In this document: piece after piece, positions 12,660 through 23,773 of the stretch
Layout of the letters: every line of letters begins with the position of its first letter
How positions within the stretch are numbered: position 1 is the first letter of the stretch
NCBI RefSeq assembly: GCF_009834535.1
Contig: NC_045704.1
Span: forward strand, 18,724,001-18,788,000
Reading direction: 5' to 3'
Source: Camelus ferus
Lineage: Eukaryota
DNA: 64,000 bases
Notes under the pieces: generated by a model
Database searches by the model: none
Told to the model about the DNA's origin: nothing
Seen by the model: the letters and a program-made list of their open reading frames with translations, nothing else
Translations under genes and position numbers: made by a program

Positions 12660-13055
12660 TGTGAAAATTAATAAAGGGAAACCTCACTAAAATGGAATCA
12701 GGAGGTACATACTTTGAATCTTCCGCAGGAAGTGCTACTACTTTACTGACGCCAGCAGGGGGAAGGAATTTTTCCTCCTTGTCTGGCAATGGCTCAGCCA
12801 ATGAGAGGCTATCACAACTCAGCCAATGAGATGTTACTGTACTTGGAACTCCCAGTTTCCTCCAATGGACTTTTGTTTATAACGGCCCCTCCCCACTTCC
12901 CTTCTCCTCTATAAAAGAGTAACCTCTCCTTTGCTTTATGAGACTTGCATGTGATTCACCAGAGTTGCACATCCTGAATTGCAATTCTTTGCTGCTTCTG
13001 AATAAATCTACTTTACTAGTAAAATAACTGGCTGTTTTATTGTTTTAGGTTAACA
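12660..13055 (+). mobile_element. Solo ERV1-class LTR with a 4-bp TSD
   Basis: TG...CA termini, GCCC on both sides (12656-12659 and 13056-13059), two AGCCAATGAG boxes, CTATAAAAG and AATAAA in LTR order. Confidence 0.8.
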
Positions 13056-15602
13056 GCCCCAAGCACATGCATGCTGGGAAATGGTGTGGCATACTGTTGG
13101 GGACATGAGTCTGGCTGTCTAGTGAGCTGATGATCCAATTCTCAGCCCATATCTGTCCTGCAGCTGCCTTGGCCAAGCCACACACAGAAGTACACTAGAC
13201 CCCTGTAGTGGATGTCTTCCTAGCTCCCAGTTCCATCAGCATCTGGCAGCCCCCTGACTCCCTCTGTGTGCCCACCCACCAGCCTTTGCTTGTCTGTATC
13301 CAGAGCATTGTTTCTACTGACCTGATGACTGTTGATGAACTCTGGCCCTGATGACCCAGAAGACTAGCATTTTTATAACAGGTATTTGTGGATGAATGGA
13401 TAATACACAATGAAGTGAAATAGCTTACTAAGGTTACACAACTAGGAAATGCTGATGCCAAGATCCTAGCTATCCTAGCTGCAAGGGAGGCTGGTAAATA
13501 TCTTTTAGTCTGGTACATTGCCATCTGCAATTAAATCGGGGTTCTGTTACTAAAGAAGTGGAGAATGGATGTAGCCTAGTCCAGTAGCAGTCTTTGCCAC
13601 ACACCTATAGCCAGATGGTGAGCAGTGCTGCTGTGGAGAATAACAGAAATGTCAGGTTGAGAAGCATTTTCCACAAGACTGTCAAAGTTTTATGAGAGCA
13701 AGGATTTTTATGTGTTTTCTTCACCACTGTTTACCCAGTGCCTAGAACAATGCCTGGCACACAGTAGGCACTCAATAAGAATTGAAAATGTGCCTCTAGC
13801 TAACACTCCAAGGAGCAGGAAAAAAAAGTTATGATTGTTTGGAATGTGGTAGAAGTTTAAAAAAAACAACTTGTTGATTTGTCCCCAGTTTTTTATTTGG
13901 AAAACTTTCACTCCTACAGAAAAGTTATAAAAGTAGTACAATGAACACTCATATACCCTTCACCTCAATTCACAAGTGTTAATATTCTACCTTCCTTTTT
14001 TCCACTTGAAAGTAAGTTGCAGACATCACAATACTTCCCAGCTAAATACTTTCTATGAAGCTCCTAGAAACAAGGACATTTCCTATATAAATCACAACAT
14101 TCCACAATTTTAACATTATAGTAACAGGATCAAAGCTATATTATCTAATATACACTCCACATTCAAATTTATCCAGTTATCTTAATAAAAGCTTTGTTCT
14201 TTTTATTTTTCTTCAAATTCATGGTCAATGTCATGTCTCTTTCTGTCCTTTGATCTGGAGCAGCTCCATAGCCTTTTTGTTTTGTTTTATTTTTTCATGA
14301 CATTGACATTTTTGAAGACTTGAAGCTAGTTGTTCTGTAGACTGTTTTGGCTTGGGTTTGTCTGATTCTTTATTCATGATTTAAATTCAGGTTAAACCTC
14401 TTGGCCAAGAATAATTCAGAGATGATGTTGTGTCCTCAGTGACTCACATCCTGAAGAACATGATGTCAGTTTATCTCTCCTTCGGTGATTGGGGTAAGGT
14501 GGAGTCTGCCAGATTTCTCCTTTGTAAAGGTTTCTTTCCTTCCTTCTAATTAATAAGTCATCTGTGGGATGATACTGGAGATTATGTGACTATCCTGTGC
14601 TCTAACAACTTTCATTCAAGGGTTTTAACATACATGGATGATCCTCATCTGTATCAATTATTCTATTGGTGGTTGAAAACTGCCTTGAAGATTTTGAAAT
14701 ACCATTTTTTGTTCTAACATAAACAGTGCAGATTTTTCATCAAGATAGAAAAACTTTTCAGGACTCAAGTATTCTTTGACAACAATGTAGAAACAAGTTT
14801 TTCTTCCTTTCTTCTTGATGTATTTTTGTAGCTAGATTCCCCCACAGCCTGAATCTCTTTGTCTGTCTGTCTCTGTTCCCCTCCTTACTGGTTTTTCCCT
14901 TTCCTTGTTCAAAATTCCTTGGAAAAACTGGCCAGGAGTCCCTATGTTCTAGTGTTTGTAGAGAAATTGTTAAGCTCCAGTGGGTGATGAAGCTTCAGGA
15001 CCACAAACAGATGATGATGACGATGATGATGGTGGTGGTAAAACTAACATTTATTGAGCACAGATGATGTACTGAGAATTATTCTGTGGCTTATATGTAT
15101 TAAATAACTTTAGATTTTCAACAACCTTATGAATTAGGTGTCATTTTAATCCTTATTTCAGAGGAAAGTGAGGTACAGAGAGGTTAGATGATTTGATCAA
15201 AGGCACGTATCTAGTAAGTGGCAGATCTGGGACTTGAACCCAGTAATCTCACCTGAGACTATCTATCTGACTCACTTCAACTTTCACAAAGAGACTTTGT
15301 AAAGAGAAAGACTTTGAAGCAGCTAGCAGATATCTTGCAAAGAGACTGATATTTATATCAGTCAGGGTTCCTTTCTAGAAGAAATAAACCACTCTAGCTA
15401 TTCTAAACAGGAAGGAGTTTAATAGTATNNNNNNNNNNNNNNNNNNNNNNNNNNNNNNNNNNNNNNNNNNNNNNNNNNNNNNNNNNNNNNNNNNNNNNNN
15501 NNNNNNNNNNNNNNNNNNNNNNNNNNNNNNNNNNNNNNNNNNNNNNNNNNNNNNNNNNNNNNNNNNNNNNNNNNNNNNNNNNNNNNNNNNNNNNNNNNNN
15601 NN

Positions 15603-15913
15603 ATGTGGATGGGCATGTGGATGGGCCTCATCCAACCAGTTGAAGGCCTGAATAGAACAAAAGGAGTGACCTTCTCTGAGCAACAGGAAGTTCTGCCAGC
15701 AGACAGCCTTTGGACTTGAACTGCAACATCCTCTCTTTCCAGGATAAACAGCTTTTCAGTGCACCCTGCAGATTTGGGACTTCCATAATCATGTGAGTCA
15801 ACTCCTTCAAATAAATCTCTGTCTCTCTCTTTCTGACTCTATTTATATATCTGTATCTATATCTATATCTATCTCCTATTGGTTCTGTTTCTCAGGAGAA
15901 CCCTGACCAATAT
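15603..15913 (+). mobile_element. MLT2-like (ERVL) LTR, 3' part
   Basis: GGGCCTCATCCAACCAGTTGAAGGCCTGAATAGAACAAAA...CCTATTGGTTCTGTTTCTCAGGAGAACCCTGACCAATACA is recognisable as MLT2. Confidence 0.7.
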
Positions 15914-16846
15914 ACTTATAAAATCACCTAAAGGATCAGAGGAGAAAGCTGTAGGCTTGCCCTCCAGAAATGACTCTCAAACAATGTTGCAGAAGTTGCC
16001 CACAAGAACTTGCTATTTCTGCCACAAACAGCAGATGTGAATTCAACAGGTTATTGTGGGACTGTTGAATTCAGGAGCAAATTGGGAGGACTGATTACTC
16101 ATCTAGTCTCAGCCCTAAGCTCCTTTGTCTCTGCCCTGTGATTATAGGGTGGAAAGCCTACAAACTACATTTTCCTAGGCTACTTTGCCACCTTCTGATA
16201 AGTTCTGCCAATGAGAGAAGAGAGGAGCAGGAACTTTCTTTCTGCCTCTAGCAACCTCTCAGTAGCTGTGTGTCATAGCTGGGATTTCCGGAGAGAAGGG
16301 TAGGGAGGGCTTTTGAGATCAACATCTGTGGGAGAGAGGGGACTGAAGCAGAATTGGGCAGAGAGGAAGTTGAACTGTGATACATTCCCGATCAAGTCCT
16401 CTCTCAACCTTGTGGGAGCTCTGGATCACCCTTCAGAATTGTCTTGAGTTGGGATGAAGGATCTGGGTTTTTATACTCCCATGTTCATCAGTCATTGATG
16501 CAGGCTGCCATGGAGTGAGGTGTGAATTTAGGCAAAGCAGTTTTCTTCAGCTTTGACTGCAAATAACTGAAAACCCTATCTCACCTGGGCTTAAGCCTTA
16601 AAGAAAAATGTATGTTGCCACAAGTAAGGAGTCTAAACGTAGGTGGCTCTGGAGGGAAGATAGTGCATTTTAGATCAAGGAAGTATGGAGGGCTTAGATT
16701 CCTTCCACCTGTCTGATCTTCTAGTCTTAGAGAATTGGCTTATCCCCAGATCCTCATGATCCCACGATGGCTGCTGAAGTTCCAGGCTTCACATGCAGAC
16801 ATGGCAACATCCAGGGTAAGAAAGGGATGGAATGACCTCCTAGTGT

Positions 16847-17425
16847 TGAGGCGGGAAGCCCCATAAAAAGACCGGCTGGACCCCTAGGCAAGGCCGCTGC
16901 TCTCCTCCCAGCACCGTCCAGTTCCTTGGCCCAGAGCCTCTAGCTCACTTTTTGCCTCTAAAGCAGCTAACTTACACCTAAAATTTTATTGGTTCCCTGA
17001 TCTTATTTCTGATTGGTTATTTCCTTCACTCCTGATTGGTTATTACTCTCATTTCTGATTGGTCCACTTCCCTAACTTCTGATTGGTCCATTTGTAGTAC
17101 TTTATTTGCATGGAGCTCACTCCTGATTGGTTATTTCTCTCACTCCTGATTGGTCCATTCCCCTCACTCCTGATTGGTCTATTTCTACAAAGCTTGTACC
17201 TGATTGGTCAACTTCTGTTATACTTTATTTGCATATGATGTTGCAAAGTGTAAGAATGGCAGCCTATAAAAGGCCTGTGTAACCCTACAGATGGAGTCCA
17301 GAGCTTGAAGTGTTAAGTTTTCTGGGCCCGCTAGTGTAATAAACCTGAGTTCTCCAACTCTCCCAGTGCTGCTTGCTGTCACAACTGAGCTGTAACACCC
17401 AGCTGTAACACATTTTTCTGCAACA
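16847..17425 (+). mobile_element. Solo ERV LTR with a CCAAT-box array
   Basis: TGAGGCGGGA...GCAACA termini, near-TSD GTGT/GTAT, eight CTGATTGG copies, TATAAA at 17265-17270, AATAAA at 17338-17343. Confidence 0.8.
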
Positions 17426-17989
17426 GTATCTCCTATTAACAATCAGGAAACCTATCTTGAATATTGTACATTGGTGTTCTGCATTCACTTCAGCTCTCCT
17501 CTTGTGTGCTGTCCTACTTGCAGGGGCTGAAAGGCTTGAAACTACATTTCTGACTCCTGTGCAGCTGGGAACTGCGTTACATCTGGGTTCCTCTAATCAG
17601 ATGCACTCAGACAAGATTTGAATGACGGTCGTGGGGTGGAGTCCTGCTTCTGCTGGCCCCATCACTGTGGAGGGGTCCACTTTCTGTGGTAGTTTTCTGA
17701 TCATAGCAGTTTCCTGATGGCAGTTGTCCCATAATTGTGACTGACCTCTGTTTGTGCTGCCTTCCTGATCATGGTGGTGGAAGCCAATTCTAATTAAGCA
17801 GTCAGGATCCTGATCCTAGAAATGTAGTGGGCCCTTGAAAAGCCCTGGTACATGGTTTGGCTCTTGAAGTTATACCTGATGGTCAACACAGAATCTGTTT
17901 GTTCAACCTTCCTGACCCTTCTATAAGCCACTTAACACACTCTTACTGCCAGCATTGACTAGAGTAGGTCCATATATCTGTAATGAACT

Positions 17990-18990
17990 GTGTAAGTTTA
18001 CCGTGGCTACTGTAACAAATTACCACCAATTTTGATGCATAAAGCCACAGAAATTTATTCTCTCATGTTTATGAGGCCAGAAGGCCAAAATCAATATCCC
18101 TGGGCCAAAATCAATGTATCAGCAAGGCCATGCTACCTTCAGAGGCTCTAGGGGAGAAACTATTCCTGGCCTCTTCCAGCTTCTGGTGGCTGCTGGCACT
18201 CCTTGGCTTGTGGCTGTACCGCTCTAACCTCTGCTTCCTTGGTCACATCATTACCAAGTCCAAGCTCACTGCACAACAAGCCAGTACATTTAGAGACAAG
18301 TTGTTGGGGCAAGAAACAGTGACCTTATTTGAAAAGCCAGCAGACTGAGAATATGGTGGCCTAGAACCACGTTACCCAAGTCAGAATTCAGGCTCCTCTT
18401 ATAGTAAAAAAGAACGTGGGTGTGGTTCGTTGTTGCAAACTTTTTGGTGTCTGAATCCTTTGTTCTTACAGCTGTCCACTAGGTCAGGTCACCATGTTCC
18501 CGTAAACCTCCAACAAGACAAATGTTATTCTCTGTTCTGCAACTTTTCATCTTTCTATGAGTGGGAAAGTGTTATATCCTTAAAGGTCAGAGCCTTAAGA
18601 ATAGGCTATCCTGTATATTTCAGGCTCTAGGCAACATTTTTCTACAAAAGGTGCAGAACCAGCATGACTAAGCCCAGGAAACAGAGCACAGGGTTAGAGC
18701 TAAAGGAACAGATCTAATATGGAGTCAGATTTGTTCTTCCCTGTTACAACATTACCACCTCCCCTTCTGCATGTGTAATCTCCCTCTGTGCCTCTCATAA
18801 TGACTGCTTGTCACAGCATTCAGGTCTCACCCTGATAATCCCGGGTGAACTCACTCATCTCAAAATACTTAATTTAATCACATTGACAAAGAGGGGTTTT
18901 TTTTCCCTCCCCCAAATAAGGTTGCATTTACAGTTTCCAAGGATTGGCACAGGAGTGTCCTTGGGAAAGCCATTGTTCAGCCTATCACAC
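17990..18990 (-). mobile_element. MLT1-type MaLR LTR interrupted by the LTR at 18249-18748
   Basis: GTAACAAATTACCAC...CTCTTCCAGCTTCTGGTGGCTG MaLR motifs on either side of the insertion. Confidence 0.65.
18249..18748 (-). mobile_element. Solo ERV1-class LTR (MER4/MER41-group-like; exact family not established), 500 bp, 4-bp TSD
   Basis: The minus strand begins TGTAACAGGGAAGAACAAATCTGACTCCATATT; ACAT flanks both ends (18245-18248 and 18749-18752). Confidence 0.75.
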
Positions 18991-21134
18991 GTAACACGAT
19001 AAAACCTTTCTGAGAGCATCTACCTCCCTCCAGGCCAAATTCCCCTCCTCATGGGCCCGAATTGGATCACTGTGACACATGTCCTCTCTTTTCCCTCTAG
19101 GTTCACTCTCCACTCTGCTCTGGGTCCAGGATTACATCAGTGGGGACTCCCCGACCTTCTGTCTTCCAGCTGGTGTCGGCAAGGGGAGGTGTCGGCAGAA
19201 GATTGGAGGTGGGAGAAGAGAGCAGGTGGGTGTTTACTCTGTTGTCTACTTCCCTGCTGGGCTGTGGGCTGGCAGCAGTGTTATTCCAGAATCTCTGTCG
19301 GGGGACTAGTAACCACTCCCTCCCATGTCACTTCTGGTGGCTTAGGAATGGTGACGGCTTCTGGCTATTGGCTGGGCCTGGGGGCTTCCCTCTGTCGGTT
19401 TCCTTTAACCATGCCCCTCATCTGTACTTTGTTGCTTAAATAAATCCCTTACGCCATTGGACCATTTGGTATCCTGCTGGGATCCTGGCGGATGCAGTCA
19501 CATAGTCATGTCTGCACAAACCAATCCCATGATTGGTTTAGGTCAATAAAGATTCACCCCGAAAGGATGTGGGGGAGGGGCTGTGCCAAAAAGAACCTCA
19601 TGAGAAATTTTTGTTGAGCTGACAACTGTGTCTCTTTTATCCATTTTAGAGATAGGGCCTTTGGATAAAGCTTCCTCTCTTATTTGACAGCTCACATGTT
19701 AGAAAAAATTTTTAATGATGATAAATTGATTTAATAATGAGTCCTTATGTTGTGCCAGGGTCTGTGCTTGAGTACTTGACAAGATTTAACACATTTAATT
19801 CCCACAACCACCCGACGAGGAAGGATATTAGAACTATTGTACTGACTGGAAATGAAAAGTTTAGCTGACTCGCCAGGTCATACAGTAATGAAGTGAGCAG
19901 AAGTTGGGATTCTAAGATCTCTCTGACCTCAGGGTTTGCATTTTTAGCCACTAAACTCATACCATCTCCTTTATTGTATTGAGATACTTCTGTCCGTCAG
20001 GTGAGATACTAATTGCTTAATGTATATGGTTTCTAATCTACAGAAGACCCTCTTTACATGAATACATACCACCATCACCTCACACCCAAACTCCCTCACC
20101 CATTCTTAGGCACTCCAGTTAGCTCTCCTCTTCCGAGGCCTGAACTTTTAGAAACATACATGGAGCAGTTGCTTCTTTGCTTAAAACTTTGCAGTGATTC
20201 CCTATGTATCGTCCAGGAATATCCCAGTACTTAAAGAGCTCACAGACCCAAAGGCCCTGGTCTCTGTCTACCTGTCTAACCTCACTCCCAGCCCTTCTGC
20301 GGAGCTCTGGACTCCAGCACATCGACCTCCTTTCTATTCCTCAAACTTTGATGACCAGCTTCCCAGTCTGAAACTCCCTGAGGACCAGAGCCTGTGGCTC
20401 TGTGTCCCCAATAATGGCAACTAACAGGCAACCAGGAAATACTGTCCATGTAGAATGGACAGACCACTGAATGGTTGCATGGATGAATGAATGAACGTTT
20501 CAAAGAGAGGCATCCCTAAGTTATTTTCAGATGAAGAACTCTAGAGGCCAGGAAAGGCAAGTGTATTACTAAAAGTGACTTGGCAGGTCAGTGTTCCATC
20601 TGAGTATCAAATTCAGGTCCGAGTCCACAGTTGGGTTACCCTTCACTCACACTAGTAAGTGTAACACCATTTAATAAATAAAAATGAGTTGACACCAGGA
20701 GAAGAGAATTATACCGCAGGTACCAGGGCTTGCAAACACAAGGCCATATCGATAGCAGAATCCAAAGTATCATAACTGGGACTTGATACCTGTGATCCCC
20801 AAATCCCTCAGGGACTGAGATCTAAGAGTGACAGAGTCACAGAATCCCAAAAAGATACTGAGGGTTCAAATCAGAGGGCCAGCCATGGAATGCTCAGAGG
20901 AACACAAGCAATGACATGAGTAAGACTGACCCAGGGTGTGTGTGGGTCAGAGGCCAAAGCAACCCAGGAATCAAGTCTACTGACCACGCAGGAAGATATT
21001 CCAGCCACTGCTGCTCAAGGCACCTTATCCTGTACTATACTAAATATTCTCATTATTAAGGCATTTTTAGTTACTATTACTTTACTTGTAACAGAATGCA
21101 ACCTAGTGACACCATCACACCATCACACATATAC

Positions 21135-21742
21135 TGTGCTTGGCTGAATAATAATCCCACAAAAATACCCAGACCATCCCTAGAAGCTATAAATATTTCA
21201 TGTTACATGCCAAAGGGACTGTACTGATGTAATTAAGGTTTATTAACTTTAAAATACGGAGATTATCCCGGGGAACCCGAGAGGGCCCAATCTAAACACA
21301 TAAGTTCTTAAAAGCAGAAAATATTCTCAGGCTGGAGGCAGAGGAGAATGTGGCAGAAGGAGAAGTGGGAGGGATTGCCAAGCATGAGGAGGACCTGATC
21401 CACCATCGCGGGCTCTGAGGTAGAGTGTCCATGTGCCAGGACCAGAAAGAGACCAAGAGTTAAGGATGGGCCTTCACAGCCAGCAAGGAAATGGGACATC
21501 AGTCTGCCACCACAAGGAACAGAATTCTGCCAACAACTTAGATGGGTTTTCAAGCAGATGGTTCCCAGAGCCTCCCAAACAACCAGCCAACTGCACTATG
21601 ACTCAGCCTTGTGAGACCCACAGCAGGGGAACCAGGCGAGCTCACCCGATCACTGCCCTGTGGAAACGTGAGAGAAGGAATTCAACTTGTGTTGAGATGC
21701 TCAGTTTGGGACAATTTGTTAGGGCAGCAAAAGTAGACCAAT
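21135..21742 (+). mobile_element. MLT1-type MaLR LTR just downstream of the IFNL2 copy (duplicated counterpart at ~41070-41660)
   Basis: TGTGCTTGGCTGAATAATAATCCC...GATGTAATTAAGG...AATTTGTTAGGGCAGCAA MaLR motifs. Confidence 0.7.
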
Positions 21743-21973
21743 CCTCACACACGCAGTCGCAGACCACAAAGAGCATCTTTTCCTCATTGTTTATTTGCAA
21801 AATTTTTACAAAAAGTAGAAAAATAAACATTTTATTGGGTCTGAGTTTGAGAATTCATACACATAAATACAAAAATAGTGACTTGCAGGCAATAAATTAA
21901 GAAAATGGTTCTGATGCATCAATACACAAATAACATGTAAGATGCTGGAACAGGTTGCAGGTAGATCTCAGGC

Positions 21974-23411
21974 TCAGACACACAGGTGTCCGCTGGCGAC
22001 ACATTTCAGGTCCCGGGTGAGGAGGCGGAAGAGGTTGAACATGACAGAGGCCTCGAGGCAGTCCTGGGACTCCTGTGGGAGGGGAAATGGCTCAGTGGTC
22101 CCCGTGCCTGGGCGCCCAGCTGCTCCCAGACATCAGTTTCCCCACCGCGGTCACTCACCTTCTTCGGGGCCTCCTGGAGCCGGTGCAGCCAGTGGTGGAG
22201 GCGGTCCCGGGGCCTGGGGCCTGCTGTGGGCTGAGCTGGGACCTGTGGGCAGAGGAGGGGGGTGTGAGGGGGTGAGGAAGGGCCTGGGACAGAGAGGGAC
22301 ATTCAGGTGGTCAGAGCCCAGACACGCTGCGGGTGGCCCGAGCACTCACACAAGCCTGGAGCTGGGAGTGGATGTGGCCCAGGGTGTGCAGGGGCTGGTC
22401 CAGGGTGCTGCCCAGGGATGAGTTAGCCATGGTCCCCAGGACGGCCAGGGTCAGGGCCACCTCAGCCTTCAAGGCCACGGGACGCTCCCACACCTGAGGC
22501 GGGGAGACAGGGGCAGGGGAGAGCTGCATGTGAGAGAGGACAAGGGAGGAGGGACAGGTGGGGAGGACACAGGCAGGGACAGTTGAAGGGGAAGGTCAGG
22601 GTCAGGGGAGAGGCACAGCCGATGTGGTCAGCGGAGGGGAAGGGGTCGGGGACAGGTGGGCAGGGCGGAGAGAGGAGGAGGCGGGAGGAGGAGGAGGGGA
22701 GGGGCCGCCTGCAGAGCCAGGTGATCTGGGCCAGGTGAGGGCAGGTGGGCCTGACTCTCCGGACTCACCTGCAGCTGCCTCAGGTCCCGGGTCCTGGGGA
22801 AGATGCGCGAGCTGCAGTTCCAGTCCTTCTGCAAGAGTGACTCTTCCTAGGGAGCAAGAGCAAGGTCAGCCCACAGCACGACCGAGGGGAGACCCCGGTG
22901 AGACTGGAGGGAGGCCGACCTCAGGAGGAGGGGAGGTGAAGGTCCAAAGGACGGCAGAGGCACGACCACCACAGGAGGACAGGGCTCAGCCCTCTGCGGG
23001 GAGGGCGAGGGGCCGGTGAAGGGAGAGCAGGTCCCCCTTGAGCAGAGGAAGCCCGGGCACCCACAGCGCGGGGGTGGAGGGGAGCCCACAGCAGGCGGGG
23101 CTGGGGGACACTCACAAAGGCGTCCTTGGCTCTCTTGAAGGCCTGCAGCTCTTGTGGGGACAGAGACTTGAACTGGGCCAGGTGGCAGCCCCTTGTGCCC
23201 GGGAGGGCCCTGAGGGGTGAGGGGACAGGAACTGCTCCTGTCCTGGTCAGCGCTGCGGTCATCAGCAACAGCCCCAGCAGGCAGCCCGAGGTCATGCCTG
23301 TGTTGTGGAAGGAGAGGAACGTGAGGGGACGTAGGTCACTGGGGACTGAGGGGAGGGCGTTTTGTGGGGCTCAGGTCCCGGGCAATGATGTCGGAGCTCA
23401 CCCAGCTTCAT
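21974..23411 (-). CDS. IFNL2: Interferon lambda 2/3-like, positional IFNL2 copy. Coding exons 23411-23402 (MKLG mini-exon), 23297-23116, 22846-22769, 22493-22350, 22242-22159, 22072-21974. 198 aa, or 194 aa from the ATG at 23295.
   Basis: Translated exons MTSGCLLGLLL...GCHLAQFKSLSPQELQAFKRAKDAF / EESLLQKDWNCSSRIFPRTRDLRQLQ / VWERPVALKAEVALTL...QLQAC / VPAQPTAGPRPRDRLHHWLHRLQEAPKK / ESQDCLEASVMFNLFRLLTRDLKCVASGHLCV* match the IFN-lambda family. All introns are GT-AG and the frame is open. The protein is identical to the + strand copy, so the IFNL2 versus IFNL3 name rests on synteny only. Confidence 0.95.
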
Positions 23412-23637
23412 TCCTGGTCTCAGGTCTCTGGTCTCTGGTCTCTGTCAGCAGGTGGGGGATCAAGTGTCCACTCCGAGGCTGTCGCCTGAGATCTCTCAGT
23501 CTTGTTTGACGTCTCTGACCCCAGTCTTCTCTTCTGGACCTCAGCCCGCTGCTCTGTCCGAGTGTCTGAACTTCCAGCTCCGTCTGAGGTCTAATTCCTG
23601 CCTGAGCTCCATGGTGCCGCTTTTAGCCTGTGCAGCT

Positions 23638-23773
23638 GGGCAATCCCAGCTGATGTAGGAAAAGTGAAAACACAGCTAGAGGGTGACACCGGCCACCAGG
23701 GAGGCCCAGGCAGGAAAGCCCAGAGCAGGGCGGGGCCTGGGAGCCAGGTGAGCAGCTGAGTGAAAGAGAAACT
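23638..23773 (-). promoter_or_regulatory. IFNL2-copy proximal promoter with the same ISRE, IRF and kB-like sites
   Basis: GGGCAATCCC at 23638-23647, GGAAAAGTGAAAAC at 23658-23671, GAAAGAGAAACT at 23762-23773. Confidence 0.75.

Noticed and set aside
16988-17207. CRISPR-like array
   Set aside because: This is eukaryotic DNA; the units are short degenerate CCAAT modules inside an LTR, with no unique spacers of constant length and no cas genes.
1-21000. An intact IFNL1 gene
   Set aside because: No IFNL1 exon translation was found. By synteny it would lie on the minus strand toward or beyond the left edge, so its absence from this window does not show gene loss.
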